64,000 nt of DNA. It comes from Acidimicrobiaceae bacterium (GTDB lineage Bacteria; Actinomycetota; Acidimicrobiia; Acidimicrobiales; Aldehydirespiratoraceae). The stretch covers positions 2,449-66,448 of the forward strand of contig JABIQM010000086.1 in assembly GCA_018699415.1 (NCBI GenBank). The letters run 5' to 3'. Under the pieces are notes generated by a model. The model was not told the origin of the DNA. It searched no databases and worked only from the letters and a program-made list of their open reading frames with translations. Position numbers and translations under genes: made by a program. Positions within the stretch are counted from its first letter, which is position 1; every line of letters starts with the position of its first letter. Positions 8,705-17,786 of this stretch are shown here, in pieces.

Positions 8705-10339
8705 TCAGCATCCGAACGCAGCGCTCACCAGAGCGCGAGGATCCGCTGCGCCGGCGAGCGTCCCGTGTTCTGTGACCTCGATCAGGTGGGCATGGCCGAA
8801 GGTGCTGGGGCTATCGTCGACCACGATGGTGACGTGGCCACGTTCTGCCAACGGGCCGTGCCAGCCGATGGTGGGGTCTTCGACGATGACGCGCCGTCCA
8901 ACGCCGGGACGCCAGGTCTCGAAGCCGGCGGAGTGGTCATCGGGTCCCAAGGTCCAGCGGGCTGCACTGATGGTCGAACCAGGAGATTGACCGAGACCGA
9001 GCGAACGAGCGATGAGTTGAAGCAAGATCTGCGGCTGGGCATCGCCGCCCATCGTGCCGATCACCTGATGGAGGTCGCCGTTTGGCTTCGTGACAAGGGC
9101 CGGGGCCAGTGTGTGTGGTGGCCGGCGTCCAGGCGCGTACTCAGCGGGGTGTCCCGGCAGAAGCGAGAAGCCGATACCGCGGTCGTGTACGAAGATCCCC
9201 GAGCTTCCCGCGATCAGGTGGGCGCCGAACCCGCTGGCGTTGGAATTGATGAGCGATACGCCCATGCCCTCGCCATCGATCACGCAAAGGTAGGTGGTGT
9301 CGCCGAGCGCGGCTGGTGCGGCGACGTTGCCCGCTCGTTCCAGATCGATTGCCGCTCGCCTGGTGCCAAGGAGACTGGGCTCGACCAGGGCTTGGCCATC
9401 GGCATACTCGTGGAGAACCCGTGTCCGATCATGGCCGGCTTGAGAGGCAGCTTCGATGAGGAGATGGGCCCAGTGTTCGTTGGGTTCCGGCGGCAGCGGT
9501 AGGCCCTGCGCGATCCATGCTCCGGACAGAGTCAGGTATCCCTGCGAGCTCGGAGGCGTCGTCCAAAGTACGTGACCGAAGGCTTCAGCTCGCACGGGAT
9601 CAACCCAGTGAGCGATCGGCTGGTCGAGGTCGCTGGCGATGAACTCGGCAGGAGCATCACCGGTGAGACGGTCGCCCAATGCGAGGAGCCCTTCGCCGAA
9701 CTCGCCGCCATAGAAGCCCGCACGTCCTTGGTCGACGATCGCCCGCAGCGCCCGCGCCGATCCCGGCCGCTGCACAACCTGACCCGCGCTGAGGTCGCCG
9801 GGAATGTCGGTATTGTCCGGCACGGCGGCCACGAGGTGTGCTCCGCTGGCGAGCCCCGGCGAGGCGGCGTACCCCTCATCAGCGAGTCGGATGGCTTCTG
9901 CCAGCACATCGCCCAACGCCAGACGCCCGAAGCGCTCATGAAGCGCCAGCCACCCGTCGACCGCTCCCGGCACGGTGACCGAGGAGATGTGTCCCTTCAA
10001 GGGAATGTAGTCGTGACCCTCAGCTCGAACCCGATTGGCATCGGCCCCCGAACCAGCAAATCCTGCCGCGTTCAGGGTGAGAGGAGGCCCCGAGCCGTCG
10101 TGCACGAGTGCCCACAGGTCACCACCCATCCCACACATGTTCGGAGCGATTACTGCCAGCGCGGCGTTGGCCCCAATGGCCGCGTCGACGGCAGACCCGC
10201 CGCGCCGCAAAAGCTCAACCCCAGCGGCTGTTGCGACGGCATCGATGGTCGACACCATCCCGGCGCGGGCGTAACGGGTTGGAGCGTGCAGTCGAGTGGT
10301 CATCACCGCAGCCTGCCCCCTGTGGCGAGTCCACGCCAC
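8705..10339 (-). CDS. gamma-glutamyltransferase family protein
   Basis: 544 aa. LGDTTYLCVIDGEG (Thr nucleophile context) and TMGGD motifs typical of GGT/Ntn hydrolases. Confidence 0.85.
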   Translation of the reverse strand: MAWTRHRGQAAVMTTRLHAPTRYARAGMVSTIDAVATAAGVELLRRGGSAVDAAIGANAALAVIAPNMCGMGGDLWALVHDGSGPPLTLNAAGFAGSGADANRVRAEGHDYIPLKGHISSVTVPGAVDGWLALHERFGRLALGDVLAEAIRLADEGYAASPGLASGAHLVAAVPDNTDIPGDLSAGQVVQRPGSARALRAIVDQGRAGFYGGEFGEGLLALGDRLTGDAPAEFIASDLDQPIAHWVDPVRAEAFGHVLWTTPPSSQGYLTLSGAWIAQGLPLPPEPNEHWAHLLIEAASQAGHDRTRVLHEYADGQALVEPSLLGTRRAAIDLERAGNVAAPAALGDTTYLCVIDGEGMGVSLINSNASGFGAHLIAGSSGIFVHDRGIGFSLLPGHPAEYAPGRRPPHTLAPALVTKPNGDLHQVIGTMGGDAQPQILLQLIARSLGLGQSPGSTISAARWTLGPDDHSAGFETWRPGVGRRVIVEDPTIGWHGPLAERGHVTIVVDDSPSTFGHAHLIEVTEHGTLAGAADPRALVSAAFGC

Positions 10340-10371
10340 ATGGTCGTGAAGCGTGGGTAGCCTCAGCGGCG

Positions 10372-10617
10372 ATGCACGATCCCGACGAACCCCTCAATCC
10401 CGTGGTTGGGTCCACCGACGCAGCGGCGCATGCAGACGCTGAGGTCGACGCCGATCCAGCCCCGGCGGGGGATGTGGAGAACGACACTGAGTTGGATCAG
10501 CTCGAATCGGATCTTGAGAGTGTCGATGCGGCCCTACGAGCGCTCGACTCCGACGAAATCGATCAGGCCGAGGCGCTGACCGCAACGCTCGGGGACGAAG
10601 CGTCGGTCGAAGACTGA
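10372..10617 (+). CDS. small acidic hypothetical protein
   Basis: Track ORF 10108-10617 trimmed to the in-frame ATG at 10372, just past the divergent GGT start. 81 aa, rich in D/E, with a helical LDQLESDLESVDAALRAL segment. Its stop lies 1 nt before the ABC1 kinase start. Confidence 0.4.
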   Translation: MHDPDEPLNPVVGSTDAAAHADAEVDADPAPAGDVENDTELDQLESDLESVDAALRALDSDEIDQAEALTATLGDEASVED

Positions 10618-10618
10618 C

Positions 10619-12082
10619 ATGCGGAGCAGCAGTCGCCTGCTGATCCTCGTTTTCATCGGTGGCGCGATAGTCGTCTGGCGACGGATGCGTCCGGGCACTG
10701 GGAAGGACAGCCCGATCACTCATGTCAGTCGTGCGCAGCGCACGACTGCGATGGCGCGCCTTGCAGCGCGACGGACCACGGATCGGACATGGACAAAGGC
10801 CCGCCAGCGGCTTGCTTCGGACGAGACACGCCGCCGACTCCAAGCTGACCTCGAGCGTCGTGATGCCGAGGACGTTGTGAGCGCCCTTGGGAACATGAAG
10901 GGCGCGATGATGAAGCTCGGCCAGATGGCCAGCTATCTCGACGAGGGTATGCCCGGGCCGATGCGCGAAGCGCTGGCTGGTCTCCGCAGTGATGCGCCGC
11001 CGATGCCCGGCGACCTTGCGCTCAGTGAGATCGAACGGTCCCTCGGTGCCCCCCTGCACGAGCTGTTCAGAGAGATCGACTCCGAGCCGATGGCGTCAGC
11101 CTCAATCGGTCAGGTCCATCGTGCCATCACCGCAGACGGCCGAAAGGTTGCGGTGAAGGTGCAGTACCCGGGCATCGCTGGCGCCATTGCGGCCGACCTC
11201 GACAACTCCGAAGCACTGGCGATGGTGCTGTCGATGGTCTTCCCTGGACTTGATCCCAACGAGCTCGTCGGTGAGTTGCGGGAGCGGGTCACCGAGGAAC
11301 TCGACTATGTCAACGAAGCCTCGAACGTTCGAGCGTTCGTCGATTACTACCGCGGCCACCCACATATTTGGATTCCCGACGTGATTGAGGAACTCAGCAC
11401 CGGTGACGTTCTCACGACCGAACTGGTCGAAGGCGCTCGATTCGAAGAGATCTACGAACGGCCCCAGGAGGAGCGAGACCGGATCGGTGAGATCCTCTAC
11501 CGGTTCGTGTTCCGGAGCTTGAACCGTCAGTACGTGTTCAATGGCGACCCGCATCCGGGTAACTATCTGCTGGCCGCTGATGGTCGACTGGCGTTTATCG
11601 ACTTTGGTCTGGTGAAGCACTTCGAGGAAAACGAGGTCCAAGAATTCGCTCGTCTCATCCGAGCGATGCTCGACCGTGACGCCGTTGAATTCCGCCGTAC
11701 CGCTGAAGAGGTGAAGGTTCTCCGGCCGGGGGCACCGTTCAGTGATGACGAGATCTTCGACTGGTTTGCCGCCTACTACGAGCTGATCCTCGAGAACAAG
11801 CTGCTGACTGTGACCCCGGAGTACAGCGCCCGCTTGCTCTTCAAGACGTTCGATGCTCGCACGAACGAGATTCTCAAGCACGCCAACGTCCCACCGACCT
11901 TCGCGCTCATTCAGCGAATCAACCTTGGCTTGTTTTCGCTCATGGGCAAGCTCGAAGCAACGGCGAACTGGAGGGCCATCTCCGAGGAGCTGTGGGTCTG
12001 GACCGATGCTGGACCGTCCACGCCGATGGGCGAGGACGAGGCGGCGTGGGTGGCCAGCGGGGTTAGCGGGGCCGGTCGCTGA
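10619..12082 (+). CDS. ABC1/UbiB-family atypical kinase
   Basis: 487 aa with the hallmark ASASIGQVHRA...VAVKVQYPG motif and an N-terminal TM segment. Confidence 0.85.
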   Translation: MRSSSRLLILVFIGGAIVVWRRMRPGTGKDSPITHVSRAQRTTAMARLAARRTTDRTWTKARQRLASDETRRRLQADLERRDAEDVVSALGNMKGAMMKLGQMASYLDEGMPGPMREALAGLRSDAPPMPGDLALSEIERSLGAPLHELFREIDSEPMASASIGQVHRAITADGRKVAVKVQYPGIAGAIAADLDNSEALAMVLSMVFPGLDPNELVGELRERVTEELDYVNEASNVRAFVDYYRGHPHIWIPDVIEELSTGDVLTTELVEGARFEEIYERPQEERDRIGEILYRFVFRSLNRQYVFNGDPHPGNYLLAADGRLAFIDFGLVKHFEENEVQEFARLIRAMLDRDAVEFRRTAEEVKVLRPGAPFSDDEIFDWFAAYYELILENKLLTVTPEYSARLLFKTFDARTNEILKHANVPPTFALIQRINLGLFSLMGKLEATANWRAISEELWVWTDAGPSTPMGEDEAAWVASGVSGAGR

Positions 12083-12620
12083 CGGCCAACAGGTAGCCGG
12101 TGGCTCGTTCGGCGAGCGGGTAGCGATCCACGATGGCATCGAACTCGGGCCCGTGATGGGGAACGAGCAGGTGAGCAAGTTCGTGGATGATGACATAGTC
12201 GAGGACCCACGGTGGAACGTCGACCAGACGATCTGAGATGCGTATATCTCGCGAGTCGATCGTGCATGAGCCCCAGCGTTGACGCTGCACCTTCGACCAG
12301 GTGATCGACTCTGGCTCAGGCAAGGCAAATTCGTGGGCGAGCGTGCGAGCCCGACCGTCGAGGTTGACGGCTGCGGACTTGCGTTCACGCTCGATCCGCT
12401 CGACTACGCCGTCAACGAAGTGGGCCTCATCAGCGGTGGTCATCCAGGCGGGGATACGGACGCGGATAACGCCGTCGATGACCTTGGCCGACACCGTCTT
12501 GTTGCGCTTGTCGCTGCGTATTACCTCGACTGGGTAACGCGTGGACATGCGTCGACCAGCCGCTGCTGGGTGTGATGGTTCGCGCCCCCTTTCAGTGGCG
12601 TTCACATTTTCGGTTGCCAT
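12063..12620 (-). CDS. YgjP-like (DUF45) zinc metallopeptidase
   Basis: 185 aa with QRQRWGSC and HELAHLLVPHH (HExxH) motifs. Start overlaps the stop of the upstream phosphatase gene by 1 nt. Confidence 0.8.
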   Translation of the reverse strand: MATENVNATERGREPSHPAAAGRRMSTRYPVEVIRSDKRNKTVSAKVIDGVIRVRIPAWMTTADEAHFVDGVVERIERERKSAAVNLDGRARTLAHEFALPEPESITWSKVQRQRWGSCTIDSRDIRISDRLVDVPPWVLDYVIIHELAHLLVPHHGPEFDAIVDRYPLAERATGYLLAVSDRPR

Positions 12621-13219
12621 CAGACGGCATCCCGATCAGTGTCGAGGGTGATGTCGTCGGGTGCGAGCTCGATCCGTTCTCCGAGTTTCCAGCAATTGCC
12701 GTCGTGATGGATCCAGCAACCGCCGAGGTTGGGGATGCGGCCGCGATCTTCGCCGAGATGCTCCTCGATCGAATAGATGAGTCCGCCGTGAGTGATGATC
12801 AGAACCTCGCCAAAACCCCCTGTACGGACGTGAATCTCGTCCATCGCTTCAAGGGCGCGAGCGACCAGCTCGTCGTCGGACTCCCACCCAGGGGGCCAGA
12901 TCCTGGCCGCCAGGTTGCCCGGCCAGCGGTCTTCTATTTCGTCTCTCGTGAGGCCCTGGTACTCGCCGGCTTGGCGTTCTATGAGGCGTTCATCGACGAG
13001 TACCGGGCCAACGCCGGTGGCCTCGCTGATGACGGTGGCGGTGTTGTGCGCTCGTTCGAGGGTGCTGGCCACAATCGCGTCAAACACGCCGGCGTTGAGG
13101 CCGGCTGCTCGCGCCTGGGCCCAGCCGAGCTCAGACAGCGGCGGGTCGGACTGCCCCTGCCATCGGCCGAGGGCATTCCATTCACTTTGTGCATGGCGGG
13201 CGAGGAGAAGATTTAGCAT
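12620..13219 (-). CDS. histidine phosphatase (phosphoglycerate mutase) family protein
   Basis: 199 aa with N-terminal LLLARHAQSEWN (RHG-type catalytic His motif) and a later ITHGG motif. Confidence 0.85.
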   Translation of the reverse strand: MLNLLLARHAQSEWNALGRWQGQSDPPLSELGWAQARAAGLNAGVFDAIVASTLERAHNTATVISEATGVGPVLVDERLIERQAGEYQGLTRDEIEDRWPGNLAARIWPPGWESDDELVARALEAMDEIHVRTGGFGEVLIITHGGLIYSIEEHLGEDRGRIPNLGGCWIHHDGNCWKLGERIELAPDDITLDTDRDAV

Positions 13220-13369
13220 GCGCGGCCGACCGTACTGTCGCCCTGTGTCAGTGAAGCGGATGGGTCGAGATCGAGCCGGATGTCAGTCGATCGTCTCGGG
13301 CTAAACGGCGAGCCGCGGGCGGGCGACGAGGGGTACGAGATCCCGGGCCTTGGCAGATAGCGTGGCGCG

Positions 13370-13606
13370 ATGGTCCGACTTCGGTTGTTCGCGAGTGCTC
13401 GAGAGGCGGCGGGGACTGGGTCCGACGAGTTCCCCGGCGGGAGTGTCGGTGAGATACTCGACCAGGCCGGCGAACGCTATGGCGAGCACTTCGTGCGACT
13501 GCTCGACACTTGCAAAGTCTGGTGCAATGGCGAACCCGCCGACCGTGAGCACTTGGTCTCGGACGGCGACGAGATAGCAGTCCTTCCCCCAGTTTCGGGC
13601 GGCTGA
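13370..13606 (+). CDS. MoaD/ThiS-family small sulfur-carrier-like protein
   Basis: 78 aa. VRLRLFASAREAAG start and C-terminal EIAVLPPVSGG ending in Gly-Gly. Confidence 0.75.
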   Translation: MVRLRLFASAREAAGTGSDEFPGGSVGEILDQAGERYGEHFVRLLDTCKVWCNGEPADREHLVSDGDEIAVLPPVSGG

Positions 13607-13632
13607 TCCGAACGCCGGTAGACTCCGGTCTG

Positions 13633-14157
13633 ATGATCCGTAACCTGCAGCGCGTGCTTGAGCCGACCTACCTGTCAGGTTTGGTCGCTTTGTCAACCGA
13701 CCATGTCCGTGAGATGCGTCGAGACTGCACCGATCTGGAGAATGGTTTCTCCTACGTGCGCCGTGTTGCGCAGGGCCGACTCGATCTCCTGTCCAAGGAA
13801 ACCGAGAGTCGGGCGAGCGGTGGTGGTGGTGATCTCCGCGACCTGGTTGAGCGGCTTCCCGAAATGTTGAGTGCCGGCGTTCGTGGCGGCGGCGGCCGCG
13901 TCGAGCAAGAACTTCAACCCCCAGACCATGTTGTCGATCCACTCACCGACAAACTCGATGGCGTTGTGGGTCCCAGCATGATCGCCTCTGTCGCCGAACT
14001 CCCCGATGAGGCGTTGTCCTCCGGCGTGATCGCCCTCTCCAACTTTGAAGAGGAATTGTCGACCGCTCGTCGCTCACTCCATAGTGTGATCGACTCCATC
14101 AATGATGAGCTCGCTCGCCGTATTACCCACAGCGAGTCGCCGGTAACTCCAGCCTGA
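13633..14157 (+). CDS. RsiG-like helical protein with two E-x3-S-x2-R-x3-(Q/H)-x3-D motifs (candidate c-di-GMP-binding anti-sigma factor)
   Basis: 174 aa. Motif 1 is ENGFSYVRRVAQGRLD (nt 13738-13785). Motif 2 is EEELSTARRSLHSVID (nt 14047-14094). The N-terminal EPTYLSGL...REMRRDCTDLE resembles the RsiG family. Confidence 0.5.
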   Translation: MIRNLQRVLEPTYLSGLVALSTDHVREMRRDCTDLENGFSYVRRVAQGRLDLLSKETESRASGGGGDLRDLVERLPEMLSAGVRGGGGRVEQELQPPDHVVDPLTDKLDGVVGPSMIASVAELPDEALSSGVIALSNFEEELSTARRSLHSVIDSINDELARRITHSESPVTPA

Positions 14158-14196
14158 TCATGATCACGGTTTGGCGCCATTCGGAATGCAACGGAC

Positions 14197-15429
14197 ATGA
14201 GATCGGTTGAATACGCCGTGAACCGAGCAGCCGTTCTTTCCTTGCACACGTCCCCTCTGGTCCAGCCAGGCGGCGGCGACGCGGGCGGAATGAACGTCTA
14301 CGTCCGTGAGTTGGTGTCGTCGTTGGCTCAGGCCGGCACGGAATGCACGGTGTATGTGCGGCGTTGGACCGAGGGTCTGGCTGATGTTGTTGAGGTCGAA
14401 CCTGGTTTTCGAGTGCGCCATGTTGATGCCGGACCTCTCGATCTGGCCAAGGAAGATCTGCCATCGGTTGTGGACGAGTTCACGGCTCGGGTTCGTGACG
14501 ATTTGGTGAAGAATCCGGTTGACGTCATCCACGCTAATTACTGGCTGAGTGGTATCGCTGGTCATCATCTCAAGCACGAGTTGGAACTCCCGCTTGTGTC
14601 GACGTTCCACACTCTCGCTCGGGTCAAAGCTGAAACCGGAGATCTCGAGCCTCAGGCTCGTATCGATGCCGAGGCTGATGTCATCGCATGCAGCGACGTC
14701 ATCACAGCCAACTCGGTCACCGAATTGCATGAGCTTGTCACCCACTACGGCGCCGACCCCGATCGCATCGAGGTCGTGCCGCCAGGCGTTGATCACGCGT
14801 TCTTCTCTCCGGGTGCTCGCAGCGGTGCCCGCTATGCGCTCAGGTGGGGGCAGGAACCGGTGCTCTTGTTCGTCGGCCGTATCCAGCCGCTCAAGGGTGT
14901 CGACATCGCGGTTGAAGCACTTGACCTGATTGAGCGCAGCGATGCGCGGCTGGTCATCGTTGGTGGTTCGAGCGGTCTCGAGGGCGACGATGAGGTTCGT
15001 CGTGTCGAGAAGATCATTGACGCCCGCGGTCTCGTTGACCGGGTCACCATCATTTCGCCACAGCCCCACCATGTGTTGTCTACCTACTATCGCGCCGCCG
15101 ATCTCTGCTTGGTGCCGAGTCGGTCCGAGTCGTTCGGTCTGGTAGCGCTCGAAGCGGCCGCATGTGGTACCCCCGTCGTGGCCTCTGATGTCGGTGGGCT
15201 ACGCACCCTGGTCGACCACGGTCGCACTGGTCTTCGGATCAGTGGCCGCAACCCCGCCGACTTCGCTGCTGCAGTCGATCGAATTCTCGGCGACCCGGTG
15301 CTGGCGGACCGGCTCTCGCTGCGTGCTGCTGAAGCTGCTGCGGCGTACACCTGGACCTCGATGGCGGCTCGCTTGCGTCGCGTCTACGACGACCTCTCGG
15401 CTCGAGCCCTCGTCGACTGCCTGGGCTAG
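14197..15429 (+). CDS. mshA: D-inositol-3-phosphate glycosyltransferase (mycothiol biosynthesis), GT4
   Basis: 410 aa. LSLHTSPLVQPGGGDAGGMNVYVREL is the MshA-type N-terminal signature. C-terminal GT4 E-x7-E region (PSRSESFGLVALEAAACGTPVV). Confidence 0.85.
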   Translation: MRSVEYAVNRAAVLSLHTSPLVQPGGGDAGGMNVYVRELVSSLAQAGTECTVYVRRWTEGLADVVEVEPGFRVRHVDAGPLDLAKEDLPSVVDEFTARVRDDLVKNPVDVIHANYWLSGIAGHHLKHELELPLVSTFHTLARVKAETGDLEPQARIDAEADVIACSDVITANSVTELHELVTHYGADPDRIEVVPPGVDHAFFSPGARSGARYALRWGQEPVLLFVGRIQPLKGVDIAVEALDLIERSDARLVIVGGSSGLEGDDEVRRVEKIIDARGLVDRVTIISPQPHHVLSTYYRAADLCLVPSRSESFGLVALEAAACGTPVVASDVGGLRTLVDHGRTGLRISGRNPADFAAAVDRILGDPVLADRLSLRAAEAAAAYTWTSMAARLRRVYDDLSARALVDCLG

Positions 15430-15893
15430 TGCAGTCACCTCCAGCGTCGGCGGAAGAACTGGCTGCGCTTGAAGCTCAAATTGATGGCTGGCTCGAACGC
15501 GAATCGATGGAGAACTCAGCGATCGATGCGTTCGAGCGAGACACTGGTGACCTCGCGCGCTGGTATGTGCGCCTCCTCGGCGAAGAGAAAGACATCTGGA
15601 CAGCGTGGCTCACGTTGGGCCAGCGCACGTTGCGTTATGAGACGTATGTGATGCCGGCGCCTGAAGAGAACGAGGGCGAGTTCTATGCCCATCTCCTTCG
15701 TCGCAATCACAAACTCACCGGTCTCAGTCTGGAGATCGGCGAAGAGGAAGCGGTCTTCTTGGCGGGCTCCATTCCGGTTGCGGCCGTGACCGATATCGAA
15801 CTCGATCGAATTCTTGGCTCGATGTGGGCCGCTGTTGAGTTGGTGTTCAAGCCGGCACTGCGAATCGGCTTCGCCTCTCGCTTCAACGCGTAG
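15429..15893 (+). CDS. YbjN-domain protein
   Basis: 154 aa. Translationally coupled to mshA (the start at 15429 overlaps the mshA TAG stop by 1 nt). Same mshA-neighbour position as the conserved hypothetical gene found in mycobacteria. Confidence 0.55.
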   Translation: MQSPPASAEELAALEAQIDGWLERESMENSAIDAFERDTGDLARWYVRLLGEEKDIWTAWLTLGQRTLRYETYVMPAPEENEGEFYAHLLRRNHKLTGLSLEIGEEEAVFLAGSIPVAAVTDIELDRILGSMWAAVELVFKPALRIGFASRFNA

Positions 15894-15934
15894 CCGGGCG
15901 CTGGGTGACCAGCACCCACATCAACTCACATCCT

Positions 15935-16020
15935 GCAAAATCGAGGTCTCGCGTTCAATAACAGGATTATCAGCTACTATGCGATTGCATATCATGCTAT
16001 TTCATGTCATAATAATCCAT
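15935..16020. other. AT-rich island with nested inverted repeats upstream of proC
   Basis: Outer repeat GGATTAT (15964-15970) / ATAATCC (16012-16018) encloses TATGCgattGCATA (15978-15991). Its composition contrasts strongly with the surrounding GC-rich sequence. Confidence 0.5.
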
Positions 16021-16115
16021 AGCGGGCGGCGGCCCACTCGGGGAAGTGTGGAAGCCGTCGCCCGTCACCTGTCGCCCCTTCCACGGAATCCTCGGCGACC
16101 GCATACGGTGCGGGC

Positions 16116-16904
16116 GTGACGAAACTTCAGATGATCGGTGGCGGCAAAATGGCTGAGGCACTCCTCGGAGGCCTGGTGGAGCGAGGTTGGGCGAGCCCCG
16201 AGGAGCTGCACGTCGTGGAGCCAGCCGAAGAGCGGCATCGTGTGCTCAAGGCCGCCTACCCGGGCATCTCGGTTGACAACGTCCCCGTTGCCAGGGTCGA
16301 TGCGGTCATCGCCGTCAAGCCCAACATCGTCGAGCTCGTTCTCCCAGTCCTACGTGAAGCGGGCGTGGATCGGGTCCTTTCGATCGCTGCCGGTGTGCGC
16401 ACCGACGCGATGGAGGCGGGTCTTCCCGAAGGAACGAGGGTCGTCCGTTGTATGCCCAACACGCCGGCGCTCGTTGGCTGCGGTGCTGCAGCGATAGCCG
16501 GCGGATTGATGGCCACTGAGGCCGATCTCGACTGGGCGGCTGAGATTCTCACCGCGGTCGGCATGGTCGTTGTTGTCGAAGAGCCCGATATCGACGCAGT
16601 CACCGGCGTCTCTGGTTCCGGACCTGCTTATGTCTTTCATCTTGCGGAGGCCATGACGGCTGCAGGAATTGCCGAAGGCCTGAGTCCGGAGACCGCAGAT
16701 GCGCTGACCCGCCAGACACTGCTCGGTGCGGCCACGCTGCTGAGCGAAAGCGGCGAGGACCCAGCCCAGCTGCGAATCAACGTCACCTCTCCGAACGGCA
16801 CCACTCAGGCCGGCCTTGAAGTATTCGCCGAGGCTGACTTCATGGGATTGGTCGCCAGAGTTGTGAAGGCGGCCGCTGATCGTTCACGTGAGTTGGGTGG
16901 ATAG
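16116..16904 (+). CDS. proC: pyrroline-5-carboxylate reductase
   Basis: 262 aa. N-terminal Rossmann motif (IGGGKMAEAL), MPNTPALVG, and C-terminal SPNGTTQAGL motif. Confidence 0.9.
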   Translation: MTKLQMIGGGKMAEALLGGLVERGWASPEELHVVEPAEERHRVLKAAYPGISVDNVPVARVDAVIAVKPNIVELVLPVLREAGVDRVLSIAAGVRTDAMEAGLPEGTRVVRCMPNTPALVGCGAAAIAGGLMATEADLDWAAEILTAVGMVVVVEEPDIDAVTGVSGSGPAYVFHLAEAMTAAGIAEGLSPETADALTRQTLLGAATLLSESGEDPAQLRINVTSPNGTTQAGLEVFAEADFMGLVARVVKAAADRSRELGG

Positions 16905-16913
16905 CGTCATATC

Positions 16914-17786
16914 GTGAGCTTGCGCTTCAACACGGTCTCCTTCCTGTCCGACTTCGGTCTCACTGACGAGTTCGTCGGCGTGGTCCATTCGGTCATCCAC
17001 TCGATCTCGCCTGACGCGCGCGTGGTCGATATCACCCACGGCGTCAATCCACACGATGTGCGCGGTGGCGGACTGGCTCTCGCTCGGGCGGCCAACTATC
17101 TGAACCCCGGTGTGGTCGTAGCTGTCGTCGACCCTGGCGTCGGTACTACTCGCCGGCCGGTGGCCGTAGAGGTCGGTCACGGTGCATCAATTCTTGTCGG
17201 ACCGGACAACGGGCTGCTGGGGCCAGCGGTCGCCCTGGTCGGCGGTGCTACCCGAGCCTTTGAGATCCGCAATCCGGACTACACCCTTCCCCTTAACGGG
17301 GGCGCCACATTCGACGGCCGCGATGTCTTCGCTCCTGCTGCGGCGCATCTCTGCAACGGGGTGCCGATCGAGGCACTCGGTCCCGAGATTGACTCGGCTC
17401 TCCTCGTCCCGGGGGTCATGCCTCTTTCGCACTTCGCCGATGGGGAACTGACTTGCGAGGTGTTCTGGGTTGATCACTACGGTAACTGTCAGCTCAACGT
17501 GGCCCCCAACGAGATTGATGTGTTCGGCCGTGAGTTGGAGATTGAGGTTGCGGGCGAGCCGCGTTTGGCAGTGCGCGTCGATGCGTACGAACAGATCCCG
17601 GTGGGTACCGCTGGGCTCATTGTCGACTCGAGTGGGCTTGTCTCTGTGGCCATCGCCCGTGGATCCGCTGCCGCGGAGTTGGACCTTGGTGAAGCCATCG
17701 AGGTCAAGCTGCGTGCACTCGAAGAAGCCGATCGAGGTGGCGCGGTCACGAATGTCCGACTCGGTCGTCGAAACGGAGAATCATGA
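16914..17786 (+). CDS. SAM hydrolase / SAM-dependent halogenase family protein (DUF62)
   Basis: 290 aa. VSFLSDFGLTDEFVGVVHSVI...DITH and VVDPGVGT motifs typical of DUF62 (5-prime-halo/hydroxy adenosine synthase family). Confidence 0.8.
   Translation: MSLRFNTVSFLSDFGLTDEFVGVVHSVIHSISPDARVVDITHGVNPHDVRGGGLALARAANYLNPGVVVAVVDPGVGTTRRPVAVEVGHGASILVGPDNGLLGPAVALVGGATRAFEIRNPDYTLPLNGGATFDGRDVFAPAAAHLCNGVPIEALGPEIDSALLVPGVMPLSHFADGELTCEVFWVDHYGNCQLNVAPNEIDVFGRELEIEVAGEPRLAVRVDAYEQIPVGTAGLIVDSSGLVSVAIARGSAAAELDLGEAIEVKLRALEEADRGGAVTNVRLGRRNGES

Noticed and set aside
15979-16119. Possible leader peptide MRLHIMLFHVIIIHS... upstream of proC (attenuation idea)
   Set aside because: There is no proline codon run, as would be expected for a proC attenuator, and no terminator/antiterminator alternative structures were evident. 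The frame is simply the AT-rich island read through.
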